From contig JAAWAX010000046.1 in the NCBI GenBank assembly GCA_022792395.1, positions 4,513 through 68,512 on the forward strand: a stretch of DNA of 64,000 nt, read 5' to 3'. Made by a program: the position numbers and the translations under genes. Origin of the DNA: Clostridia bacterium. Its GTDB lineage: Bacteria > Bacillota > Clostridia > TANB77 > CAG-508. Shown piece by piece: positions 1-9,149 of the stretch. The notes beneath the pieces were generated by a model, which saw only the letters and a program-made list of their open reading frames with translations, did not search any database and was not told the origin of the DNA. Numbering within the stretch: position 1 is the first letter of the stretch; the number at the start of each line of letters is the position of its first letter.

Positions 1-1002
1 ATAAAAACAAAGGAAACAAAACAAATTCAAAGACAAGAACAACAGAAAAAAGTAGAAAAGGAAGTATTACAAAAGCAACAAAAATCACCAGAAAAAATAG
101 AAAATAAGCAAAAGGATATCAATATTAAACAAGAAGTAGATATGGGAACAAGGGTTACAGATATGAGTAATCTAGAGCAAGTTTTACAAAAAAATGGTAA
201 AATGCCAGAATTGGAACATGGTGATGAACCTTTAAAAATGGGGATTGTAGAATCTGATGATTTGAAGGATTTAAAGAATGAAAAAGGACAAAAAGAGCAA
301 GGGCATAGTTCTAGGTATGAAGCAGTAATTATGACAAAGCAAGGTAAAATAAAAACATTAGATTTAGAGAATGATACACAAGAGGGTACGAATCCATTAG
401 AAAAAAATTATCAAGTAAAACAAAATGATACCGTAAAAAATGGAGATGTATTAACTAGATTAAAAGTAGGAGAAGGAACGATTGGAGTTGAAAAAGGACA
501 ATATGGAGAGGTAGAAGTTTATCATTCGCCAAGAAAAACAATTGGAGGAAAGGGCGTAGAAGGGAATAAAAGTTTAGATAGACAATTAGAAACATCGAAT
601 GCCAAAAATACATTAGAAGGAACTGATATAGAATCTTTAAAATTAGCACAAGAATATAATGATGGATATCGTTCAGTGGAAGAAGGATATCAAGAGGTAA
701 AAGAGCATCAAGAGAAACACTCGGAATGTGAACCGAAAAGTGCAAAAGATGTAGATGGCGATAGGAATACAGTTTCACATACACATGATACAGAAGATTT
801 TGTGGAATTATCTTCAGGAGAAAAAGTTACTTATGATGAATTAGCGAGTAGATGGGGATTTTATAAAGATGGCAAACCAGATGCTACTTATGTGAAAGAA
901 AAATTCACGGAAAAAGAACAAGGAGATAAGAAGCCTGAAGATGTGATAGAGGAATTGGATGAAGAATATGAAGATCCAAGGGTAACAAGGAGAGATAGAT
1001 AA
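1..1002 (+). CDS. hypothetical highly charged (K/E/D/Q-rich) protein, 5'-truncated by the window edge
   Basis: The frame of the listed ORF 142..1002 stays open back to nt 1 (I K T K E T K Q I Q R Q E Q Q K K V E K ...) with no stop. Composition is extremely Lys/Glu/Asp/Gly-rich, with no recognisable catalytic motif. Confidence 0.5.
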   Translation: MKTKETKQIQRQEQQKKVEKEVLQKQQKSPEKIENKQKDINIKQEVDMGTRVTDMSNLEQVLQKNGKMPELEHGDEPLKMGIVESDDLKDLKNEKGQKEQGHSSRYEAVIMTKQGKIKTLDLENDTQEGTNPLEKNYQVKQNDTVKNGDVLTRLKVGEGTIGVEKGQYGEVEVYHSPRKTIGGKGVEGNKSLDRQLETSNAKNTLEGTDIESLKLAQEYNDGYRSVEEGYQEVKEHQEKHSECEPKSAKDVDGDRNTVSHTHDTEDFVELSSGEKVTYDELASRWGFYKDGKPDATYVKEKFTEKEQGDKKPEDVIEELDEEYEDPRVTRRDR

Positions 1003-1012
1003 AAGTTTCAAG

Positions 1013-1089
1013 AGTTTCCCCACCAGTTCCGGGTTTAAATGGGGAAATCTAATAAATTTCCCCATTTAAACCCGGAACTGGTGGGGAGA
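1013..1089. repeat. palindromic intergenic repeat, copy A (arms GTTTCCCCACCAGTTCCGGGTTTAAATGGGGA / revcomp, loop AATCTAATAAATTT)
   Basis: A perfect inverted repeat of about 32 bp visible in the sequence. The same element recurs at 7481, 8514, 21269, 52089 and 56514. It lies between convergent genes, so it likely also acts as a bidirectional terminator. Confidence 0.85.
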
Positions 1090-1121
1090 AATAAACTTGT
1101 TCTAATTTTTATTTATAAAAA

Positions 1122-2003
1122 TTAGATAATTTCTAATGTTCCCCAATTTTTTAAAATACTTTTTGGAATATTTAAGTTTCCTCTACCTATGCCTAGTTTA
1201 ATTCCTGGCTTGTTATTAGCATGGTAGTCTGTGCCACCAGATATAAGTAGATTATTTTCTTTGCAATAATTTAGTAAAAATTGAGTTTGAGAATTAGTAA
1301 AAGAATTATAATAACATTCTATACCATCTATTGGATAATTTTTTGTGAAGATTTCAAAAAATTTTATAGAATTATCACCATACATATAAATATGAGGTAT
1401 AAAAACTAAACCACCAGCACTTTTTATCAAATTAATAACTTCACTAATGGAAGGATAAAAATTAGATTTATCGATAAAAAATTTACTTTTAGAATTTGTC
1501 ATACATCTTCTGTAAAAAGTATTACTATTTTGCCAAGAATCTACATCATCAAAGAATTTTTTATTTTCGGAATTTTTAATAATTTCTTTCCAAATAACAT
1601 CGCCACAAAATTCATTATCAAAATTAATTTGTATCTTATCATAGTTAATTTTGACTCCTAATTTTTTGCATATTTGTAGCAACTGTTCATATTGATATTT
1701 ATTATCTTCAGATTCACTTTGATATATTTTAGGAAGTTTATCATTAAAAATTTCAGTGTCTATATTATAAGCTAATAATTCGACTGTTTGTCCTTCTATA
1801 GATGTATAAAGTTCACAGCCCTTGATAATTTTTCCAGAGAAGTATTGCTTTACATCTAAAGTTTTAAGTTCATTGTATCCTTCACATGTGACATGGTCTG
1901 TTATAGATAATACTTCTATGTTCGATTTTTCAGCATTTTTAAGAAGGGTTATTAGATTATCAGTACCATCTGAATAGGTAGTATGTGTATGTAAATCAAT
2001 CAT
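1122..2003 (-). CDS. PHP-domain phosphoesterase, TrpH/YciV-like (nucleotide/pAp-type phosphatase)
   Basis: N-terminal MIDLHTHTTYSDGT and C-terminal GGTDYHA are the His/Asp metal-binding motifs of the PHP fold. The length of about 290 aa matches the TrpH family. Confidence 0.7.
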   Translation of the reverse strand: MIDLHTHTTYSDGTDNLITLLKNAEKSNIEVLSITDHVTCEGYNELKTLDVKQYFSGKIIKGCELYTSIEGQTVELLAYNIDTEIFNDKLPKIYQSESEDNKYQYEQLLQICKKLGVKINYDKIQINFDNEFCGDVIWKEIIKNSENKKFFDDVDSWQNSNTFYRRCMTNSKSKFFIDKSNFYPSISEVINLIKSAGGLVFIPHIYMYGDNSIKFFEIFTKNYPIDGIECYYNSFTNSQTQFLLNYCKENNLLISGGTDYHANNKPGIKLGIGRGNLNIPKSILKNWGTLEII

Positions 2004-2147
2004 ATTGACACATCATCCTTTCGCTACAATATAAATATAATATATCATAGTAAGAAAAAAAAGGCAATTCTACATAATGTGTTGAAATTTGGTAAAAAAT
2101 GTAATATAATATTGTACAGATAATAAATAGAAAGGGCGATATAGGAA

Positions 2148-3200
2148 ATGGAAGAAAAAACTGGATTATTTGTAGATAGCTTCCCTATACTACATTCTGG
2201 ATATGAATTATGTATAAAATATGCGTTGCAACAAGTAGATAGATTAATAGTAATTGTTTATGATAATAATGAAACAAAAGTGCCATTAACAATTCGAGCT
2301 AACTGGATTAAAGAATTATATCCAAGTGTCGAAGTATTTGAATCATGGTCTACAATGGAGGGAAAAGATTTAACAGCAACAGGATTTCAAAAAAAAATTA
2401 TTGATAAAGCATTAAATGGAAGTCAATTAAACAAATTTTATTCAACACAACCAAATATGGGGCATTTAACAAATACTTTAGAGTGTAGAAATGAAATAAT
2501 AAGTAGTATAGCTGAAAAAATGAGAAAAAAGACTATGGATATTCAAGCAAATAATTATAAAAATATATCAAGAATGAGCCCAAATGTATATAAAGATTTG
2601 ATAACAAGAGTAGCATTTGTTGGAGCACAGTCTACAGGAAAATCAACAATAACAGAGGCTATTGCGAAGAAGTATAACACGGAATATATGTTTGAATATG
2701 GAAGATATCATTGGGACATTTATGAGCAAGATAGAATAGAAACATTGGAGCAAATTTTAGAGATAACACAAAGACATTTACAAATGGAAGATGAAAGAGT
2801 TATAAAAGCTAACAAATATTTATTTAGTGATACATGTCCATTTGTAACACTTAGATATGCATATGATTGGCATGGAAAAGCGAATCCAGAAATTCTAAAA
2901 TTAGCTCAAGAGGCACAGTCAAGATATGATATTATATTTTTATGTGGAGATGACATTCCTTATGCAGATACACCTGAAAGAGATGGGATTGAGCAAAGAG
3001 ATAGTTTTCAAAGACAGATAAAATATGAGTTAGTATCAAGGAAAATACCGTATATTGAACTTAATGGTTCACTGGAAAAAAGAATAGAAAAGGTAGATAC
3101 AATATTAAATCACTATGAAAAATATTCAAGTTTAAGTCAAACTATTAAGAAAATTGAACAAGAGAAAGTGAAAAAAGAAAAATTAGATATTGAGAGGTAA
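2148..3200 (+). CDS. NadR-like bifunctional protein: nucleotidyltransferase-like domain plus P-loop nucleoside-kinase (RNK/AAA_28) domain, no HTH
   Basis: Collinear with E. coli NadR residues about 60-400. FPILHSGYE corresponds to the NMNAT HxGH motif but reads H-S-G-Y. VAFVGAQSTGKST corresponds to the RNK Walker A GGESSGKST, followed by EYGR. Confidence 0.6.
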   Translation: MEEKTGLFVDSFPILHSGYELCIKYALQQVDRLIVIVYDNNETKVPLTIRANWIKELYPSVEVFESWSTMEGKDLTATGFQKKIIDKALNGSQLNKFYSTQPNMGHLTNTLECRNEIISSIAEKMRKKTMDIQANNYKNISRMSPNVYKDLITRVAFVGAQSTGKSTITEAIAKKYNTEYMFEYGRYHWDIYEQDRIETLEQILEITQRHLQMEDERVIKANKYLFSDTCPFVTLRYAYDWHGKANPEILKLAQEAQSRYDIIFLCGDDIPYADTPERDGIEQRDSFQRQIKYELVSRKIPYIELNGSLEKRIEKVDTILNHYEKYSSLSQTIKKIEQEKVKKEKLDIER

Positions 3201-3202
3201 AA

Positions 3203-4336
3203 ATGTTGGAAAAGTATGATATAGTAATTATTGGTGCAGGTATTTATGGAATGCATATTGCATTAAATAATCTTTTTCATAATAAAAAAGTATTAATAAT
3301 AGAGAAAGATAACGAAATGTTAACAAGAGCATCTTTTGTAAATCAAGCTAGACTTCATAATGGTTACCATTATCCGAGAAGTGAAATAACAGCAAGAAAT
3401 TCAGCTAGATATTTCGAAAAATTTTATAAAGATTACCAATTTGCTATCAATAAAGAGTTTAAAAGCATTTATGCTATATCTAACCACGATAGTTATACGA
3501 CCAAAAAAGAATTTGAAGAATTTTGTAACAATGTAAATATTCCATATAAAGAGATTGATAGTAGCACCTATTTTAATGAACAAGAAGTAAGTGCAACTTA
3601 TGAAACCAAAGAATATGTTTATGATATTAATTTAATTAAAAACAAATATGAAAAAGAAATATCAGAAAGAAATAATATTGATATTTATTATAATACATAT
3701 ATTGAAACTGCAAAAATACAAGGAGAGGAATATTTATTAGAATTAAGTAGTTTCGATGAAATAAAAACAAAACGTGTAATTAACACAACTTATGCAAGTG
3801 TTAATCAAGTAAATGAAATATTTAATATAAAAAAATTTGATATTAAATATGAATTAGCGGAAGTTGGAATTGGAAATGTAAGTGAGAATTTAAAAAATAC
3901 AGCAATTACAATAATGGATGGACCTTTCTTTTCAATAATGCCATTTGGAAAAACAGGAAAATATTCGATTACATCAGTTTGTCATACACCACATGAGACT
4001 TCTTATAGAGAGTTGCCAGAATTTAAGTGCCAAGAAAAAAATCTCAAATGTACTAAACAACAATTGGAAAATTGTAATAAGTGTGAATATAAGCCAAAAT
4101 CAAAAGTTGATAGCATGCTGAAATTATATAAGAAATTTGTGAAAGATGAGTATGAATTTTTATATAAAGAGAGTTTATTTGCTATAAAACCAATATTGAA
4201 AATGGCTGAAAACGATGATGCAAGACCAACGATTGTAATTAAACATAGAGAAAAGCCCGATTTTATATCTTGTTTATCAGGAAAGTTTAATACAATCTAT
4301 ATTTTAGATGAGTTTATAGAGAAAAATTTAAAATAA
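3203..4336 (+). CDS. FAD-dependent oxidoreductase, DAO/GlpO/LhgO-like
   Basis: N-terminal Rossmann GxGxxG (IVIIGAGIYG). EKDNEMLTRASFVNQARLHNGYHYP resembles the EKxDxxSGTSSRSxKLIHGGLRY motif of glycerol-3-phosphate/2-hydroxyacid oxidases. The start overlaps the upstream stop. Confidence 0.6.
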   Translation: MLEKYDIVIIGAGIYGMHIALNNLFHNKKVLIIEKDNEMLTRASFVNQARLHNGYHYPRSEITARNSARYFEKFYKDYQFAINKEFKSIYAISNHDSYTTKKEFEEFCNNVNIPYKEIDSSTYFNEQEVSATYETKEYVYDINLIKNKYEKEISERNNIDIYYNTYIETAKIQGEEYLLELSSFDEIKTKRVINTTYASVNQVNEIFNIKKFDIKYELAEVGIGNVSENLKNTAITIMDGPFFSIMPFGKTGKYSITSVCHTPHETSYRELPEFKCQEKNLKCTKQQLENCNKCEYKPKSKVDSMLKLYKKFVKDEYEFLYKESLFAIKPILKMAENDDARPTIVIKHREKPDFISCLSGKFNTIYILDEFIEKNLK

Positions 4337-4352
4337 GAGGAGAAAAAGTAAA

Positions 4353-5435
4353 ATGATTGAATGGGAAGATTTAAGTAAATTAAATAAAAAGTATTTTAAA
4401 TTATTACATAAAGATATTGATGTACTTGATAATAGTGGTCATTATTCAATGGGAGAATATGTGAAAAAATTTGAGGAAAAATGTAAACAATATTTTAATT
4501 CAAAATATGCAATAGCTTGTGGAAATTGTTTAGATGGATTAACAATTAGTTTAAGAGCTTTAAATCTTCCTAAAAATTCAGAAGTAATTGTTCCTTCTAA
4601 TACATTTTATGCAACTGTTTTAGCAATATTACGAAATAACTTAATACCCATATTTTGTGAACCTAATATAGATACTTTTAATATAGATGAAAACAAATTG
4701 GAAGAGAGGATAACAGAAAAAACAAGTGCAATTGTTTGTGTGCATTTATATGGTAAGCCTTGCAATATGAACAAAATAAATGAAATTGCCAGAAAGTATA
4801 ATATAAAGGTTGTTGAAGATTGTGCACAATCCTTTGGAGCAATTTACGAAGGAAAAAAAGTAGGAAATTTATCAGATGTAGGAGTGTTTTCGTTTTATCC
4901 AACTAAAAATTTAGGAGGTATAGGAGATGCTGGAATCATAATTACTGACAATGACAAAGTTCATAATTTCTGTGTAAAAGCTAGGAGTTATGGTGGATAT
5001 AATTATAAATATGAAGTTAATGGAATTAATAGTCGTATGGATGAAATTCAAGCAATGTTTCTGTTAAATAAATTTGAAGATATTGAGGAAATTAATAAAA
5101 GGAAAATAGAAAATGCTAATTTATATCTAAAATATATCCAGAATGAAAAAATTGTTTTGCCCAAGATAGACAATAATGAAAAGCATGTATTTTACATATT
5201 TGCTATTAGGTGCAAAGAAAGAGATAAATTGCAGAAATATTTAGAAAGAAATGAAATACAAGCATTAGTACATTATCCAATTCCATTAAATAAACAGCCT
5301 ATATTAGACATTAAAAGGAATGGATTTGAAATAGCTACAGAAATAAGTGATACAGAGTTAAGCTTGCCATGTTCAGCTATGCATACAGAGGGAGAGATAA
5401 TGAAAGTAATAAAAGTTATAAATCAATTTAGATAA
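4353..5435 (+). CDS. DegT/DnrJ/EryC1/StrS-family PLP-dependent (sugar/nucleotide) aminotransferase
   Basis: DCAQSFGA ... GNLSDVGVFSFYPTKNLG carries the PLP-lysine motif of the DegT family. The 360-aa length is typical. Confidence 0.8.
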   Translation: MIEWEDLSKLNKKYFKLLHKDIDVLDNSGHYSMGEYVKKFEEKCKQYFNSKYAIACGNCLDGLTISLRALNLPKNSEVIVPSNTFYATVLAILRNNLIPIFCEPNIDTFNIDENKLEERITEKTSAIVCVHLYGKPCNMNKINEIARKYNIKVVEDCAQSFGAIYEGKKVGNLSDVGVFSFYPTKNLGGIGDAGIIITDNDKVHNFCVKARSYGGYNYKYEVNGINSRMDEIQAMFLLNKFEDIEEINKRKIENANLYLKYIQNEKIVLPKIDNNEKHVFYIFAIRCKERDKLQKYLERNEIQALVHYPIPLNKQPILDIKRNGFEIATEISDTELSLPCSAMHTEGEIMKVIKVINQFR

Positions 5436-5450
5436 TAATTAGGAGAAAAA

Positions 5451-6500
5451 ATGAATTTATATGAATATTTAGAAAAAAATATTGATAAGGCGAAAATTCA
5501 AGAATTTAATGATGATGAATATGAAATCGCTTTAGTCAGATATGTGCTAATGCAAACTGCTAGGATTTTTTATAGAAATAGATTATTTTTTTTAGATGAG
5601 GAACAAATTAAAATTAGACATTTAATATACAATGAACAAATAGATATTAGAAATATAAATTCGTATGATATAGTTTGCTCAAGTTATTGTAGGATTTTAC
5701 AAGAAGTTTTGAAAAACAAATACACAATACAAACAGAATTATTAGAAGCGGATAGAGATGAATTTAAACATATTGTAATGAGATTGATAACTTCAAAAGG
5801 GAATAGATATTTAATTGATCCATTAATGGATTTAACAAATATGAAGACTAGAATGAAAACACATAATTTTGCAACAATTGAAAAGGATAGCAATAATCCT
5901 TATATAAGAATTCAAATTGATGGATTAAAATATATAGATGACGGAACAATTAGGAGAATTGATGAAAAAATTGGATATCTTGAAAATAATAAATATAAGG
6001 ATGATATACAAGACAAAGAAATATTAAATGCTTTAGAAAAAATACAAAATAGAAATAGAGGATTATTAATTGAATGTGGTGATATAGTTATAGCATTTTT
6101 TATGAATAGCATGAGATATTTAAAGATAGATAAAGTTAAATGGAAGAGATTGGAAAAAAATAATAAGATATTTGTAAAAAGAAAGATATTAATTAATGAA
6201 TATAAATATCTGAATGAATTAGAATTGGAAACGAATATTTTAGATCATAAGGAATTTTTAAAGATATTTAAAACAATAGAAGAAAAAGCAATAAAAAATT
6301 CTGATAATATAGGAGAATTCATAGATGTTAGTAAAAAGAGAGATAGCATTGCCATTAATTATGATAAATTATTGGAATTTAAGATTGAAAATAATTTTTT
6401 AGTTGTGTTTAATAAAACAGATTCTATTAAGACAATAATTGAATTTACAGATGAAGGAAGAAAAGTTCAATATCATACTAGTAAGTTTTTAAATGGTTAA
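5451..6500 (+). CDS. hypothetical protein (orphan, no recognisable motif)
   Basis: A long ORF with an RBS, in an operon-like arrangement with the three upstream genes. No family could be assigned by eye. Confidence 0.45.
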   Translation: MNLYEYLEKNIDKAKIQEFNDDEYEIALVRYVLMQTARIFYRNRLFFLDEEQIKIRHLIYNEQIDIRNINSYDIVCSSYCRILQEVLKNKYTIQTELLEADRDEFKHIVMRLITSKGNRYLIDPLMDLTNMKTRMKTHNFATIEKDSNNPYIRIQIDGLKYIDDGTIRRIDEKIGYLENNKYKDDIQDKEILNALEKIQNRNRGLLIECGDIVIAFFMNSMRYLKIDKVKWKRLEKNNKIFVKRKILINEYKYLNELELETNILDHKEFLKIFKTIEEKAIKNSDNIGEFIDVSKKRDSIAINYDKLLEFKIENNFLVVFNKTDSIKTIIEFTDEGRKVQYHTSKFLNG

Positions 6501-7323
6501 TTTGCATAAATTCAATAAAGGAAGAATCCCATAATTCATTTGGAATATGAGGTTCTATTTTAATATTTTCCTTTTTGGCTTTGTTTTGTACAAAGGTAAT
6601 AAAATCACAAACATAGTCTTTTCCTGTTTCATTTGTGTGAATTAGAAGGTTGCACCATTGATTATTATTGAAAAAGAAATCATGGTTAGTATAATAATTT
6701 CTCATATTTTCTAAATTATAAGTAATACTTCTCGGGGTATAAGTTAATGTATTTAAATCAAGTAAACCATATTTTGAAGAAGGGCTATCAGCAGGTAATA
6801 TTAAACTACCTGGATTAATAAATATTTTATTTTTATATAATGTGCAAAAAGCTTCATGGGTATGTGCAAATAAATAGACATCACAATTATATGCTTTGAT
6901 TAAGCTATCAAAGATATTATAACTATTGAAAAATACAGATTGCCTTGGATTATTAGGTGTTCCATGAGATAAACAAATTCTTTTATTATTTAAATTAATA
7001 ATTTCATAGTGTTTTAAAGTTTTTAAATATTCTATATTATCTTTAGTTAAAGAATTATAAGTATAAAGCAAATTTTGAAATTGTTTTACTTGATTCCAAG
7101 AATAACCATCATAGTTACAAATAGAAAGTTCACGATTTCCAGCAATTACATACTTGTATTTCTTTATCAAATTTAAAACTTCATTATTTTCAAAACCATC
7201 ACTAATGTAGTCACCTAAAAATAAAACAGTATCAATCTTTGTTACAGATAATTCATCTAATATAGTTTTTAATAATGGATAATTTGAATGTACATCAGCT
7301 ATAATAGCAATATTTTTTGACAT
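6478..7323 (-). CDS. calcineurin-like metallophosphoesterase (Icc/YfcE/ApaH-like)
   Basis: IAIIADVHSN ... LFLGDYISDG ... GNRE are the canonical MPE motifs I-III (DxH, GDxxD, GNHE-like). The 3' end overlaps the convergent gene by 23 bp. Confidence 0.75.
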   Translation of the reverse strand: MSKNIAIIADVHSNYPLLKTILDELSVTKIDTVLFLGDYISDGFENNEVLNLIKKYKYVIAGNRELSICNYDGYSWNQVKQFQNLLYTYNSLTKDNIEYLKTLKHYEIINLNNKRICLSHGTPNNPRQSVFFNSYNIFDSLIKAYNCDVYLFAHTHEAFCTLYKNKIFINPGSLILPADSPSSKYGLLDLNTLTYTPRSITYNLENMRNYYTNHDFFFNNNQWCNLLIHTNETGKDYVCDFITFVQNKAKKENIKIEPHIPNELWDSSFIEFMQINHLKTY

Positions 7324-7480
7324 ATTTTCATATTCCTTTCTGTGTTTACAATTATATTACCATGAAATGGAAAAAGAAGCAAGAAAATATAAACAAAAAC
7401 AGATGTTTATATTATAAATTAGATGAAATTTTAAAGTCAGTTAATTATAAAGGATGTATTTTTTTTGAAAATCAAGAATT

Positions 7481-7547
7481 AGTGGGTATGGTTTAAATGG
7501 GGAAATCTAATAAATTTTCCCATTTAAACCCGGAACCGGTGGGGAAA
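7481..7547. repeat. palindromic intergenic repeat, copy B (left arm degenerate; loop AATCTAATAAATTTT identical to copy A)
   Basis: GTTTAAATGGGGAAATCTAATAAATTTTCCCATTTAAACCCGGAACCGGTGGGGAAA. Shares the loop with copy A, which lies at the other end of the 1122-7323 gene block. Confidence 0.8.
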
Positions 7548-7562
7548 TTAGTTAGGGGATTT

Positions 7563-8423
7563 TTAGATAGGATTAACATGGACAATTGTTTTATAAATTT
7601 TATCTAAAGCATTTATATTATTTTCCAAACTATCTGCTAATTCATGACTTTCAAAGGTAGATAGATTGCCATCTAAAAAAATAGTTAAAAATACAAGATA
7701 TTTATCTCCAACAGGAGTAGAAATAACCTCTTCTACATTTTTAATTTCTTTATAGCTATGAGCAATATCTAAAATTAAATCTTTGGTTTTATCATCTACA
7801 CTAATATCCATTAAAACATTATAGCTTTCGATAAAAATAGTAATACCTGTATAACAAATCCAAATAGAAATACCAACACCAACGATACCATCTAACCAAT
7901 AAATATTAACTAAAGTAAGTAAAATAGAAACTAAAGTACAAATAGTTACGATGCAATCATTTTTATGATCCTTCATATTAGCTTGTAATAATATATTGGG
8001 ATGTTTTGAATAGGCTTTTTTTGTATATAAGAAAAGGCATAATTTTATAAAAATAGTTGCGATACAAACAAAAACTAAAAACCAAGAGAATTGAAGTTCA
8101 CTTCCAAAGATTAGTGTCATAACAGAATCATATAGCAATTTACTAGCTATTAAAATCATAGAAATACTGATAAACATAGAAAAGATATATTCTGCTTTTC
8201 CATGTCCTAAATTATGATCTTCATCATTAGGAACACTTGCTATCTTATTACCAATAAAAGTCATTAAAGAAGCAAAAATATCCCCTGCACTATTGAAACT
8301 ATCTGCTATCATAGCTTGACTATGACTAACAAAACCAACAATAGCTTTTGTGATTAATAAAAAGATGTTTCCAAGAATTCCATAGATACCAGCTTTTTTT
8401 GTCATGACAAATTTCTTATCCAT
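7563..8423 (-). CDS. cation diffusion facilitator (CDF) family metal efflux transporter
   Basis: N-terminal TM region with SHSQAMIADSFNSAGD, a CDF signature (HxxxD), six predicted TM helices and a C-terminal cytoplasmic domain. Confidence 0.7.
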   Translation of the reverse strand: MDKKFVMTKKAGIYGILGNIFLLITKAIVGFVSHSQAMIADSFNSAGDIFASLMTFIGNKIASVPNDEDHNLGHGKAEYIFSMFISISMILIASKLLYDSVMTLIFGSELQFSWFLVFVCIATIFIKLCLFLYTKKAYSKHPNILLQANMKDHKNDCIVTICTLVSILLTLVNIYWLDGIVGVGISIWICYTGITIFIESYNVLMDISVDDKTKDLILDIAHSYKEIKNVEEVISTPVGDKYLVFLTIFLDGNLSTFESHELADSLENNINALDKIYKTIVHVNPI

Positions 8424-8513
8424 ACAATCAACTCCATTTTCCTAGTTTTTTACATTCTTATGATTATAACATAGTAAATAGAAATGATAAAGATAAATTT
8501 TGAAAAAATTCCC

Positions 8514-8631
8514 AACTGATTCCGACTTTTTTTTCACTGGTTTCCTAAATTTAAATGAGGATATACAACAAATGTCCCCATTTAATCCCAGAACCAGTGG
8601 GGAGAACTGATGAGGAAAACCGGAATCAGTT
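8514..8631. repeat. degenerate composite copy C of the palindromic repeat, with an extra outer inverted repeat (AACTGATTCCG ... CGGAATCAGTT)
   Basis: The right arm CCCCATTTAATCCCAGAACCAGTGGGGAG is nearly consensus. The left arm CACTGGTTTCCTAAATTTAAATGAGG is decayed. The outer 11-bp IR motif CGGAATCAG also follows copy D. Confidence 0.6.
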
Positions 8632-8717
8632 GAAAAGAAGTATTGCAAAAAAATGTTAAACATGGTATAATTTAAAAGTAGTACAAAAGGAAAGAACCAA
8701 AAAGAGGTGTAATAAAA

Positions 8718-9056
8718 ATGACAATATTCACAATTATATATATATTAATCTTTATCATATTTGCATTAGTAGCATATGCAATATTACAGATTAAATTATT
8801 TGGGATAAGGGTAAAAGATTTTTGGACATTTATCGAAGCCAACCAAATGTTAGACAAATTGTACAAATTTGCAAAACAATATGAGAATATGTCACCACAA
8901 GAACAATTAATTTATTTAGCAGAAGCAGAAAAAATATTTAAAGCTTTTGATAAAGTGCCAGATAGTTTGTGGGAAGAAGAATATGATAAATATAAAACAG
9001 TTGTATCAAAATATAAAGATATAAAAATGGTACGTTGGGTAGAAGAAAATAAATAA
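8718..9056 (+). CDS. small membrane-anchored hypothetical protein
   Basis: A single N-terminal TM helix followed by a charged soluble tail. A weak call. Confidence 0.35.
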   Translation: MTIFTIIYILIFIIFALVAYAILQIKLFGIRVKDFWTFIEANQMLDKLYKFAKQYENMSPQEQLIYLAEAEKIFKAFDKVPDSLWEEEYDKYKTVVSKYKDIKMVRWVEENK

Positions 9057-9063
9057 TGTTTAA

Positions 9064-9129
9064 TTGGGGACAGTTCTTTTTGCACATTTGGTGTAGTTAA
9101 CACTAATATGCAAAAAGAACTGTCCCCAA
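9064..9129. terminator. bidirectional hairpin terminator (21-bp perfect inverted repeat TTGGGGACAGTTCTTTTTGCA / TGCAAAAAGAACTGTCCCCAA)
   Basis: Seen in the sequence, between convergent genes. Confidence 0.7.
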
Positions 9130-9149
9130 TTGAATGACAAACCTAAATA

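Noticed and set aside
3401-6112. Small antisense ORFs (3401..3583, 4678..4902, 5684..5893, 5912..6112) inside island genes
   Set aside because: All are embedded in the opposite strand of well-supported longer genes. They are AT-rich hydrophobic translations without RBS.
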